This document shows positions 10,688 through 24,973 of a DNA stretch of 64,000 bases, piece by piece. The notes under the pieces were generated by a model. The model was given only the letters and a program-made list of their open reading frames with translations, was not told where the DNA came from and did no database searches. The stretch is from assembly GCF_009914755.1 (NCBI RefSeq), contig NC_060948.1, one strand, 5' to 3'. Both the position numbers and the translations under genes were made by a program. This DNA comes from the human T2T-CHM13v2.0 reference genome, Homo sapiens. Positions within the stretch are counted from its first letter, which is position 1; each line of letters begins with the position of its first letter.

Positions 10688-13600
10688 GGGAATCAAAAGG
10701 AATGTAATCGAATGGATTGGACTGGAATGCAATGGACTCGAATAGATTGGAAACGGAATGCAAAGGAATGGAATGGAATAGTATGGAATGGAATGGAAAG
10801 GAATGGAGTGGAATAGACTAGAGTGGAATGGAATGGACTGGAAAGCAATGGACTGGAATGGAACTTTCTTGAATGGACTGGAATCAAACGGAATGGAATG
10901 CAATGCAATCAAATGGCATGGAATAAAATAGAATGAAAGAGAATCAAATGGAATTGAATCGAATGGAATCGAATGGATTGGAAAGGAATAGAATGGAATG
11001 GAATGGAATTGACTCAAATGGAATGGACTAGAATGGAATGGATTCGAATGGAAGGCAAAGGAATGGAATCTATTGGAATGGACTGTAATGGAATGGAATG
11101 GAAGGGATTGGAATGGACTCGAATGGAATGGACTGCAATAGAAAGGATTCCAATGGAATGAAAAAGAATTGAATGGAATAGAACAGAATGGAATCAAATC
11201 GAATGAAATGGAATGGAATAGAAAGGAATGGAATGAAATGGAATGGAAAGGATTCGAATGGAATGCAATCGAATGGAATGGAATCGAACGGAATGGAATA
11301 AAATGGAAGAAAACTGGCAAGAAATGGAATCGAAATGAATGGAGTATTATGGAACGGACTCAAAAGGAATTGAATGTAATAGAATGGAGTGGAGTGGACT
11401 CGAATATAATGGACTGGAATGGAATGAAATCACATGGAATGGGAACGAATGGAATGGAATGGAAAGGAATGGAATCGAATGGAAAGGAATCGAATGGAAG
11501 GGAATGAAATTGAATCAACAGGAATGGAAGGGAATAGAATAGACGGTAATGGAATGGACTCGAATAGAATGGACACGAATGCTCAAATTGAATGGACTCG
11601 AATGGAATGGAAACGAAAGGAATGTCATCGAATGGAATTGAATCGATTGGAATGAAATCGCATAGAATGGAGTGGAATCAAATGGAATTGAATCGAAAGG
11701 AAAGGAAGCGAATGGACTGAAATGAAATGGAATGGAATTGAATGGAAAGTAATGCAATGGAATAGAATGGAACGAAATTTCACGGAATGGAATCAAACTG
11801 AATGGAATCAAATCAATGGAATCTAATCAAATGGAATGGAAAGGAATTGAATGGAGTAGATTGGATTGGATGGGATTGGAATGAAATCTACTGGAAAGGA
11901 CTCGAATTTCATGAAACGGAATGGAATGAATTGGAACGGAATGGACTCGAATGGAATGGAATGTCATGGAATGGCATCAAATGGAATGGCATCAAATGGA
12001 ATGGAATCGAATGCAATGGAATGTTATGGAATGGAATGGAATGCATTGGAATGGAATGTCCTCTAATGGAATGGATTCGAGTGGAATGGAATCGAATATA
12101 ATGGAGTCGAATGAAATGGAATTGAAAGGAATGGGATCGAATAGAATGGAATATACTGGAATGTAATGTAATGAACTCGAATGTAATTGACTGGAATGGA
12201 ATGTACATGAATGGAAGGTAATCGAATGGAAAGTAATCCAATGGAATAGAATCTAATGCAATAAAACCGACTCAGATAGAGTAGAATGTAATGGAATGGA
12301 GTGCAGTGCAATGGAATGGAATGGAATTGAATGCAAAGGAATGGAATGGAATGGAATGGAATGGAATGGAATGGAATGGAATGGAATGGAATGGGATGGA
12401 ATGGTATGGAATGGATAGAAATGGACTGGAGTGAAATGGACTGGAAAGGAATGGACTCAAATTGAAAGGGCTCGAAAGGAATGGAGTCAAATGGAATGGT
12501 CTGGAATGGAATGAACACGAATGTAATGCAATCCAATAGAATGGAATCGAATGGCATGGAATATAAAGAAATGGATACGAAGAGAATGGAAACAAATGGA
12601 ATGGAATTGAATGGAATGGAATTGAATGGAATGGGAACGAATGGAGTGAAATTGTATGCAGTAGAAGGGAATAGAATGGAATGCAAGCGAAAGGAAAGGA
12701 ATGGATTGGAATGGAATGGAATTCATTGGAATGGAAGGGAATGTAGTGTAATGGACAGGCCTGGAATAAAGTGGAATGCTACGGTCTCGAATGGAATAAA
12801 AATGTATGGAATGGAATGCAATGAAACGGAATCGAATGTCATAGAATGTAATGGAATGCAACAAAATGGAATCCAAAATCATTGACTGGAAAGGCTGGGT
12901 GTCGAAAGGAATTGACTCCAATGGAATGGAATCGAATGGAATGGAAGTGAATAGAATCGAACTAAATCGAATGGAATGGAATTGATAGGAACGGAATGGA
13001 AAGGAATGCAATGATTTGGCATGGAATGGAATCGAATGGCATCGAATGGAATGGAATGGAATGCAATGGAATGGAATGTATTAGAATGTAATGAACTTTA
13101 ATGGAATGTACTCGAATGGATTCGACTGGAATGGAATGTTCTGGAAGTGAATGGACTCCAATGGAATGGATTCAAAAGGAATGGAATCGTACGGAATGGA
13201 ATCTAATGGAATGGAATTAAATGGAAATGAATCAAATTGAATAGCACGGAATTGAATTGAATGGAATGGAATGCAATGGAATCTAATGAAACGGAAAGGA
13301 AAGGAATGGAATGGAATGGAATGGGCTGGAATGGAAAGGAATCGAAACGAATGGAATGGAATCGAACTGAAGAGACTGGAATGGAATGCACTGGAATGGA
13401 AGGGAGTGTAATGGAAGGTTCTCGAAAAAAATGGAATCGAATGGAATGGAATTGAATGGAACGGAATAGAGTCGAATGGAATTGAATGGAATGGAATGGA
13501 CTAGAGTGAAATGGAATCGAACCACAAGGAATGGAGAGGAATAGAATGGTCTCGAATTGAATGGAATCATATGGAATGGCATCAAACGGAATGGAATGGA

Positions 13601-14266
13601 CAGCCACGGAATGGAATGCACTCGAATGCAATGGAGTCGAAACTAATGGACTGGAATAGAATGGACTCGACTGGTACGGACTCCAATGGAATGGAATCGA
13701 ATGGAAGGGAATCGAACGGAATGGACTCGAAGGGAAAAGACTGCAATGGAAAGGTCTCGAATGGAATGGAAATTAATGGAATGGAATGGAATCGAATGAA
13801 ATGGAGTCAAAAGGAATGGAATCGAATGGCAAGAAATCGAATGTAATGGAATCGCAAGGAATTGATGTGAACGGAACGGAATGGAATGGAATCCAAAGGA
13901 ATGGAATAGAATGGAATGGAATCGAATGGAAAGGACTCGAATGGAAATCACTCGAATAGAATGCAATTTAATAAAATAGGATCAAATATAATGGAATGGA
14001 ATGGAAAGGAATCGAAACGAAAGGAATGGAGACAGATGGAATGGAATAGAACAGAGAGCAATGGTATAGAATGGAATGGAATCATCTGGAATGGAATTGA
14101 ATGGAATGGAATAATATGAAATGGAATGGAATGGAATGGAATGGAATGCCCTTGAATTAAATGGACTGGAATGGAATGGACTCGAACAGAGTGGAATGGA
14201 AAGTGTTGAGATAGAATGGAATGGACTCCTTTGGAATGGTGTAGTATGCAATGCAATCGACTGGCA
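10688..14266 (+). repeat. DYZ1 unit 4 (3579 bp)
   Basis: Anchors 10693 and 14272. Confidence 0.95.
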
Positions 14267-17200
14267 GGGAATCAAAAGGAATGTAATCGAATGGATTGGA
14301 CTGGAATGCAATGGACTCGAATAGATTGCAAACAGAATGCAAAGGAATGGAATGGAATAGTATGGAATGGAATGGAAAGGAATGGAGTGGAATAGACTAG
14401 AGTGGAATGGAATGGACTGGAAAGCAATGGACTGGAATGGAACTTTCTTGAATGGACTGGAATCAAACGGAATGGAATGCAATGCAATCAAATGGCATGG
14501 AATAAGATAGAATGAAAGAGAATCAAATGGAATTGAATCGAATGGAATCGAATGGATTGGAAAGGAATAGAATGGAATGGAATGGAATTGACTCAAATGG
14601 AATGGACTAGAATGGAATGGATTCGAATGGAAGGCAAAGGAATGGAATCTATTGGAATGGACTGTAATGGAATGGAATGGAAGGGATTGGAATGGACTCG
14701 AATGGAATGGACTGCAATAGAAAGGATTTGAATGGAATGAAAAAGAATTGAATGGAATAGAACAGAATGGAATCAAATCGAATGAAATGGAATGGAATAG
14801 AAAGGAATGGAATGAAATGGAATGGAAAGGATTCGAATGGAATGCAATCGAATGGAATGGAATCGAACGGAATGGAATAAAATGGAAGAAAACTGGCAAG
14901 AAATGGAATCGAAATGAATGGAGTGTTATGGAACGGACTCAAAAGGAATTGAATGTAATAGAATGGAGTGGAGTGGACTCGAATATAATGGACTGGAATG
15001 GAATGAAATCACATGGAATGGGAACGAATGGAATGGAATGGAAAGGAATGGAATCGAATGGAAAGGAATCGAATGGAAGGGAATGAAATTGAATCAACAG
15101 GAATGGAAGGGAATAGAATAGACGGTAATGGAATGGACTCGAATAGAATGGACACGAATGCTCAAATTGAATGGACTCGAATGGAATGGAAACGAAAGGA
15201 ATGTCATCGAATGGAATTGAATCGATTGGAATGAAATCGCATAGAATGGAGTGGAATCAAATGGAATTGAATCGAAAGGAAAGGAAGCGAATGGACTGAA
15301 ATGAAATGGAATGGAATTGAATGGAAAGTAATGCCATGGAATAGAATGGAACGAAATTTCACGGAATGGAATCAAACTGAATGGAATCAAATCAATGGAA
15401 TCTAATCAAATGGAATGGAAAGGAATTGAATGGAGTAGATTGGATTGGATGGGATTGGAATGAAATGTACTGGAAAGGACTCGAATTTCATGAAACGGAA
15501 TGGAATGAATTGGAACGGAATGGACTCGAATGGAATGGAATGTCATGGAATGGCATCAAATGGAATGGCATCAAATGGAATGGAATCGAATGCAATGGAA
15601 TGCTATGGAATGGAATGGAATGCATTGGAATGGAATGTCCTCTAATGGAATGGATTCGAGTGGAATGGAATCGAATATAATGGAGTCGAATGAAATGGAA
15701 TTGAAAGGAATGGGATCGAATAGAATGGAATATACTGGAATGTAATGTAATGAACTCGAATGTAATTGACTGGAATGGAATGTACATGAATGGAATGTAA
15801 TCGAATGGAAAGTAATCCAATGGAATAGAATCTAATGCAATAAAATCGACTCAGATAGAGTAGAATGTAATGGAATGGAGTGCAGTGCAATGGAATGGAA
15901 TGGAATGGAATGCAATGGAATGGAATGGAATGGAATGGAATGGAATGGAATGGAATGGAATGGGATGGAATGGTATGGAATGGTATGGAATGGATAGTAA
16001 TGGACTGGAGTGAAATGGACTGGAAAGGAATGGACTCAAATTGAAAGGGCTCGAAAGGAATGGAGTCAAATGGAATGGTCTGGAATGGAATGAACACGAA
16101 TGTAATGCAATCCAATACAATGGAATCGAATGGCATGGAATATAAAGAAATGGATTCGAAGAGAATGGAAACAAATGGAATGGAATTGAATGGAATGGAA
16201 TTGAATGGAATGGGAACGAATGGAGTGAAATTGTATGCAGTAGAAGGGAATAGAATGGAATGCAAGCGAAAGGAAAGGAATGGATTGGAATGGAATGGAA
16301 TTCATTGGAATGGAAGGGAATGTAGTGTAATGGACAGGCCTGGAATAAAGTGGAATGCTACGGTCTCGAATGGAATAAAAATGTATGGAATGGAATACAA
16401 AGAAACGGAATCGAATGTCATAGAATGTAATGGAATGCAACAAAATGGAATCCAAAATCATTGACTGGAAAGGCTGGGTGTCGAAAGGAATTGACTCCAA
16501 TGGAATGGAATCGAATGGAATGGAAGTGAATAGAATCGAACTAAATCGAATGGAATGGAATTGATAGGAACGGAATGGAAAGGAATGCAATGATTTGGCA
16601 TGGAATGGAATCGAATGGCATCGAATGGAATGGAATGGAATGCAATGGAATGGAATGTATTAGAATGTAATGAACTTTAATGGAATGTACTCGAATGGAT
16701 TCGACTGGAATGGAATGTTCTGGAAGTGAATGGGCTCCTATGGAATGGATTCAAAAGGAATGGAATCGTACGGAATGGAATCTAATGGAATGGAATTAAA
16801 TGGAAATGAATCAAATTGAATAGCACGGAATTGAATTGAATGGAATGGAATGCAATGGAATCTAATGAAACGGAAAGGAAAGGAATGGAATGGAATGGAA
16901 TGGGCTGGAATGGAAAGGAATCGAAACGAATGGAATGGAATCGAACTGAAGAGACTGGAATGGAATGCACTGGAATGGAAGGGAGTGTAATGGAAGGTTC
17001 TCGAAAAAAATGGAATCGAATGGAATGGAATTGAATGGAACGGAATAGAGTCGAATGGAATTGAATGGAATGGAATGGACTAGAGTGAAATGGAATCAAA
17101 CCACAAGGAATGGAGAGGAATAGAATGGTCTCGAATTGAATGGAATCGTATGGAATGGCATCAAACGGAATGGAATGGACAGCCACGGAATGGAATGCAC

Positions 17201-17845
17201 TCGAATGCAATGGAGTCGAAACTAATGGACTGGAATAGAATGGACTCGACTGGTACGGACTCCAATGGAATGGAATCGAATGGAAGGGAATCGAACGGAA
17301 TGGACTCGAAGGGAAAAGACTGCAATGGAAAGGTCTGGAATGGAATGGAAATTAATGGAATGGAATGGAATCGAATGAAATGGAGTCAAAAGGAATGGAA
17401 TCGAATGGCAAGAAATCGAATGTAATGGAATCGCAAGGAATTGATGTGAACGGAACGGAATGGAATGGAATCCAAAGGAATGGAATAGAATGGAATGGAA
17501 TCGAATGGAAAGGACTCGAATGGAAATCACTCGAATAGAATGCAATTTAATAAAATAGGATCAAATGGAATGGAATGGAATGGAAAGGAATCGAAACGAA
17601 AGGAATGGAGACAGATGGAATGGAATGGAACAGAGAGCAATGCTATAGAATGGAATGGAATCATCTGGAATGGAATTGAATGGAATGGAATAATATGAAA
17701 TGGAATGGAATGGAATGGAATGGAATGCCCTTGAATTAAATGGACTGGAATGGAATGGACTCCAACAGAGTGGAATGGAAAGTGTTGAGATAGAATGGAA
17801 TGGACTCCTTTGGAATGGTGTAGTATGCAATGCAATCGACTGGCA
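14267..17845 (+). repeat. DYZ1 unit 5 (3579 bp)
   Basis: Anchors 14272 and 17851; 10-bp GGTATGGAAT duplication near 15972-15991. Confidence 0.95.
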
Positions 17846-20800
17846 GGGAATCAAAAGGAATGTAATCGAATGGATTGGACTGGAATGCAATGGACTCGAA
17901 TAGATTGCAAACAGAATGCAAAGGAATGGAATGGAATAGTATGGAATGGAATGGAAAGGAATGGAGTGGAATAGACTAGAGTGGAATGGAATGGACTGGA
18001 AAGCAATGGACTGGAATGGAACTTTCTTGAATGGACTGGAATCAAACGGAATGGAATGCAATGCAATCAAATGGCATGGAATAAAATAGAATGAAAGAGA
18101 ATCAAATGGAATTGAATCGAATGGAATCGAATGGATTGGAAAGGAATAGAATGGAATGGAATGGAATTGACTCAAATGGAATGGACTAGAATGGAATGGA
18201 TTCGAATGGAAGGCAAAGGAATGGAATCTATTGGAATGGACTGTAATGGAATGGAATGGAAGGGATTGGAATGGACTCGAATGGAATGGACTGCAATAGA
18301 AAGGATTCGAATGGAATGAAAAAGAATTGAATGGAATAGAACAGAATGGAATCTAATCGAATGAAATGGAATGGAATAGAAAGGAATGGAATGAAATGGA
18401 ATGGAAAGGATTCGAATGGAATGCAATCGAATGGAATGGAATCGAACGGAATGGAATAAAATGGAAGAAAACTGGCAAGAAATGGAATCGAAATGAATGG
18501 AGTGTTATGGAACGGACTCAAAAGGAATTGAATGTAATAGAATGGAGTGGAGTGGACTCGAATATAATGGACTGGAATGGAATGAAATCACATGGAATGG
18601 GAACGAATGGAATGGAATGGAAAGGAATGGAATCGAATGGAAAGGAATCGAATGGAAGGGAATGAAATTGAATCAACAGGAATGGAAGGGAATAGAATAG
18701 ACGGTAATGGAATGGACTCGAATAGAATGGACACGAATGCTCAAATTGAATGGACTCGAATGGAATGGAAACGAAAGGAATGTCATCGAATGGAATTGAA
18801 TCGATTGGAATGAAATCGCATAGAATGGAGTGGAATCAAATGGAATTGAATCGAAAGGAAAGGAAGCGAATGGACTGAAATGAAATGGAATGGAATTGAA
18901 TGGAAAGTAATGCAATGGAATAGAATGGAACGAAATTTCACGGAATGGAATCAAACTGAATGGAATCAAATCAATGGAATCAAATCAAATGGAATGGAAA
19001 GGAATTGAATGGAGTAGATTGGATTGGATGGGATTGGAATGAAATGTACTGGAAAGGACTCGAATTTCATGAAACGGAATGGAATGAATTGGAACGGAAT
19101 GGACTCGAATGGAATGGAATGTCATGGAATGGCATCAAATGGAATGGCATCAAATGGAATGGAATCGAATGCAATGGAATGCTATGGAATGGAATGGAAT
19201 GCATTGGAATGGAATGTCCTCTAATGGAATGGATTCGAGTGGAATGGAATCGAATATAATGGAGTCGAATGAAATGGAATTGAAAGGAATGGGATCGAAT
19301 ACAATGGAATATACTGGAATGTAATGTAATGAACTCGAATGTAATTGACTGGAATGGAATGTACATGAATGGAATGTAATCGAATGGAAAGTAATCCAAT
19401 GGAATAGAATCTAATGCAATAAAATCGACTCAGATAGAGTAGAATGTAATGGAATGGAGTGCAGTGCAATGGAATGGAATGGAATGGAATGCAATTGAAT
19501 GGAATGGAATGGAATGGAATGGAATGGAATGGAATGGGATGGAATGGTATGGAATGGATAGTAATGGACTGGAGTGAAATGGACTGGAAAGGAATGGACT
19601 CAAATTGAAAGGGCTCGAAAGGAATGGAGTCAAATGGAATGGTCTGGAATGGAATGAACACGAATGTAATGCAATCCAATAGAATGGAATCGAATGGCAT
19701 GGAATATAAAGAAATGGATTCGAAGAGAATGGAAACAAATGGAATGGAATTGAATGGAATGGAATTGAATGGAATGGGAACGAATGGAGTGAAATTGTAT
19801 GCAGTAGAAGGGAATAGAATGGAATGCAAGCGAAAGGAAAGGAATGGATTGGAATGGAATGGAATTCATTGGAATGGAAGGGAATGTAGTGTAATGGACA
19901 GGCCTGGAATAAAGTGGAATGCTACGGTCTCGAATGGAATAAAAATGTATGGAATGGAATACAAAGAAACGGAATCGAATGTCATAGAATGTAATGGAAT
20001 GCAACAAAATGGAATCCAAAATCATTGACTGGAAAGGCTGGGTGTCGAAAGGAATTGACTCCAATGGAATGGAATCGAATGGAATGGAAGTGAATAGAAT
20101 CGAACTAAATCGAATGGAATGGAATTGATAGGAACGGAATGGAAAGGAATGCAATGATTTGGCATGGAATGGAATCGAATGGCATCGAATGGAATGGAAT
20201 GGAATGCAATGGAATGGAATGTATTAGAATGTAATGAACTTTAATGGAATGTACTCGAATGGATTCGACTGGAATGGAATGTTCTGGAAGTGAATGGACT
20301 CCAATGGAATGGATTCAAAAGGAATGGAATCGTACGGAATGGAATCTAATGGAATGGAATTAAATGGAAATGAATCAAATTGAATAGCACGGAATTGAAT
20401 TGAATGGAATGGAATGCAATGGAATCTAATGAAACGGAAAGGAAAGGAATGGAATGGAATGGAATGGGCTGGAATGGAAAGGAATCGAAACGAATGGAAT
20501 GGAATCGAACTGAAGAGACTGGAATGGAATGCACTGGAATGGAAGGGAGTGTAATGGAAGGTTCTCGAAAAAAATGGAATCGAATGGAATGGAATTGAAT
20601 GGAACGGAATAGAGTCGAATGGAATTGAATGGAATGGAATGGACTAGAGTGAAATGGAATCAAACCACAAGGAATGGAGAGGAATAGAATGGTCTCGAAT
20701 TGAATGGAATCGTATGGAATGGCATCAAACGGAATGGAATGGACAGCCACGGAATGGAATGCACTCGAATGCAATGGAGTCGAAACTAATGGACTGGAAT

Positions 20801-21414
20801 AGAATGGACTCGACTGGTACGGACTCCAATGGAATGGAATCGAATGGAAGGGAATCGAACGGAATGGACTCGAAGGGAAAAGACTGCAATGGAAAGGTCT
20901 CGAATGGAATGGAAATTAATGGAATGGAATGGAATCGAATGAAATGGAGTCAAAAGGAATGGAATCGAATGGCAACAAATCGAATGTAATGGAATCGCAA
21001 GGAATTGATGTGAACGGAACGGAATGGAATGGAATCCAAAGGAATGGAATAGAATGGAATGGAATCGAATGGAAAGGACTCGAATGGAAATCACTCGAAT
21101 AGAATGCAATTTAATAAAATAGGATCAAATGTAATGGAATGGAATGGAAAGGAATCGAAACGAAAGGAATGGAGACAGATGGAATGGAATAGAACAGAGA
21201 GCAATGGTATGGAATGGAATGGAATCATCTGGAATGGAATTGAATGGAATGGAATAATATGAAATGGAATGGAATGGAATGGAATGGAATGGAATGCCCT
21301 TGAATTAAATGGACTGGAATGGAATGGACTCGAACAGAGTGGAATGGAAAGTGTTGAGATAGAATGGAATGGACTCCTTTGGAATGGTGTAGTATGCAAT
21401 GCAATCGACTGGCA
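17846..21414 (+). repeat. DYZ1 unit 6 (3569 bp)
   Basis: Anchors 17851 and 21420. Confidence 0.95.
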
Positions 21415-24400
21415 GGGAATCAAAAGGAATGTAATGGAATTGACTGGACTGGAATGCAATGGACTCGAATAGATTGGAAACGGAATGCAAAGAAATGGAA
21501 TGGAATAGTATGGAATGGAATGGAAAGGAATGGAGTGGAATAGACTACAGTGGAATGGAATGGACTGGAAAGCAATGGACTGGAATGGAACTTTCTTGAA
21601 TGGACTGGAATCAAACGGAATGGAATGCAATGCAATCAAATGGCATGGAATAAAATAGAATGAAAGAGAATCAAATGGAATTGAATCGAATGGAATCGAA
21701 TGGATTGGAAAGGAATAGAATGGAATGGAATGGAATTGACTCAAATGGAATGGACTAGAATGGAATGGATTCGAATGGAAGGCAAAGGAATGGAATCTAT
21801 TGGAATGGACTGTAATGGAATGGAATGGAAGGGATTGGAATGGACTCGAATGGAATGGACTGCAATAGAAAGGATTCGAATGGAATGAAAAAGAATTGAA
21901 TGGAATAGAACAGAATGGAATCAAATCGAATGAAATGGAATGGAATAGAAAGGAATGGAATGAAATGGAATGGAAAGGATTCGAATGGAATGCAATCGAA
22001 TGGAATGGAATCGAACGGAATGGAATAAAATGGAAGAAAACTGGCAAGAAATGGAATCGAAATGAATGGAGTGTTATGGAACGGACTCAAAAGGAATTGA
22101 ATGTAATAGAATGGAGTGGAGTGGACTCGAATATAATGGACTGGAATGGAATGAAATCACATGGAATGGGAACGAATGGAATGGAATGGAAAGGAATGGA
22201 ATCGAATGGAAAGGAATCGAATGGAAGGGAATGAAATTGAATCAACAGGAATGGAAGGGAATAGAATAGACGGTAATGGAATGGACTCGAATAGAATGGA
22301 CACGAATGCTCAAATTGAATGGACTCGAATGGAATGGAAACGAAAGGAATGTCATCGAATGGAATTGAATCGATTGGAATGAAATCGCATAGAATGGAGT
22401 GGAATCAAATGGAATTGAATCGAAAGGAAAGGAAGCGAATGGACTGAAATGAAATGGAATGGAATTGAATGGAAAGTAATGCAATGGAATAGAATGGAAC
22501 GAAATTTCACGGAATGGAATCAAACTGAATGGAATCAAATCAATGGAATCTAATCAAATGGAATGGAAAGGAATTGAATGGAGTAGATTGGATTGGATGG
22601 GATTGGAATGAAATGTACTGGAAAGGACTCGAATTTCATGAAACGGAATGGAATGAATTGGAACGGAATGGACTCGAATGGAATGGAATGTCATGGAATG
22701 GCATCAAATGGAATGGCATCAAATGGAATGGAATCGAATGCAATGGAATATTATGGAATGGAATGGAATGCATTGGAATGGAATGTCCTCTAATGGAATG
22801 GATTCGAGTGGAATGGAATCGAATATAATGGAGTCGAATGAAATGGAATTGAAAGGAATGGGATCGAATAGAATGGAATATACTGGAATGTAATGTAATG
22901 AACTCGAATGTAATTGACTGGAATAGAATGTACATGAATGGAAGGTAATCGAATGGAAAGTAATCCAATGGAATAGAATCTAATGCAATAAAACCGACTC
23001 AGATAGAGTAGAATGTAATGGAATGGAGTGCAGTGCAATGGAATGGAATGGAATTGAATGCAATGGAATGGAATGGAATGGAATGGAATGGAATGGAATG
23101 GGATGGAATGGTATGGAATGGATAGAAATGGACTGGAGTGAAATGGACTGGAAAGGAATGGACTCAAATTGAAAGGGCTCGAAAGGAATGGAGTCAAATG
23201 GAATGGTCTGGAATGGAATGAACACGAATGTAATGCAATCCAATAGAATGGAATCGAATGGCATGGAATATAAAGAAATGGATACGAAGAGAATGGAAAC
23301 AAATGGAATGGAATTGCATGGAATGGAATTGAATGGAATGGGAACGAATGGAGTGAAATTGTATGCAGTAGAAGGGAATAGAATGGAATGCAAGCGAAAG
23401 GAAAGGAATGGATTGGAATGGAATGGAATTCATTGGAATGGAAGGGAATGTAGTGTAATGGACAGGCCTGGAATAAAGTGGAATGCTACGGTCTCGAATG
23501 GAATAAAAATGTATGGAATGGAATGCAATGAAACGGAATCGAATGTCATAGAATGTAATGGAATGCAACAAAATGGAATCCAAAATCATTGACTGGAAAG
23601 GCTGGGTGTCGAAAGGAATTGACTCCAATGGAATGGAATCGAATGGAATGGAAGTGAATAGAATCGAACTAAATCGAATGGAATGGAATTGATAGGAACG
23701 GAATGGAAAGGAATGCAATGATTTGGCATGGAATGGAATCGAATGGCATCGAATGGAATGGAATGGAATGCAATGGAATGGAATGTATTAGAATGTAATG
23801 AACTTTAATGGAATGTACTCGAATGGATTCGACTGGAATGGAATGTTCTGGAAGTGAATGGACTCCAATGGAATGGATTCAAAAGGAATGGAATCGTACG
23901 GAATGGAATCTAATGGAATGGAATTAAATGGAAATGAATCAAATTGAATAGCACGGAATTGAATTGAATGGAATGGAATGCAATGGAATCTAATGAAACG
24001 GAAAGGAAAGGAATGGAATGGAATGGAATGGGCTGGAATGGAAAGGAATCGAAACGAATGGAATGGAATCGAACTGAAGAGACTGGAATGGAATGCACTG
24101 GAATGGAAGGGAGTGTAATGGAAGGTTCTCGAAAAAAATGGAATCGAATGGAATGGAATTGAATGGAACGGAATAGAGTCGAATGGAATTGAATGGAATG
24201 GAATGGACTAGAGTGAAATGGAATCGAACCACAAGGAATGGACATGAATAGAATGGTCTCGAATTGAATGGAATCATATGGAATGGCATCAAACGGAATG
24301 GAATGGACAGCCACGGAATGGAATGCACTCGAATGCAATGGAGTCGAAACTAATGGACTGGAATAGAATGGACTGGACTGGTACGGACTCCGATGGAATG

Positions 24401-24973
24401 GAATCGAATGGAAGGGAATCGAACGGAATGGACTCGAAGGGAAAAGACTGCAATGGAAAGGTCTCGAATGGAATGGAAATTAATGGAATGGAATGGAATC
24501 GAATGAAATGGAGTCAAAAGGAATGGAATCGAATGGCAAGAAATAGAATGTAATGGAATCGCAAGGAATTGATGTGAACGGAACGGAATGGAATGGAATC
24601 CAAAGGAATGGAATAGAATGGAATGGAATCGAATGGAAAGGACTCGAATGGAAATCACTCGAATAGAATGCAATTTAATATAATAGGATCAAATATAATG
24701 GAATGGAATGGAAAGGAATCGAAACGAAAGGAATGGAGACAGATGGAATGGAATAGAACAGAGAGCAATGGTATAGAATGGAATGGAATCATCTGGAATG
24801 GAATTGAATGGAATGGAATAATATGAAATGGAATGGAATGGAATGGAATGGAATGCCCTTGAATTAAATGGACTGGAATGGAATGGACTCGAACAGAGTG
24901 GAATGGAAAGTGTTGAGATAGAATGGAATGGACTCCTTTGGAATGGTGTAGTATGCAATGCAATCGACTGGCA
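21415..24973 (+). repeat. DYZ1 unit 7 (3559 bp)
   Basis: Anchors 21420 and 24979. Confidence 0.95.

Noticed and set aside
11819-11829. GAATCTAATCA allele resembling the DUX4 site TAATCTAATCA
   Set aside because: It lacks the first T of the TAAT half-site, and near-matches are expected in this base composition.
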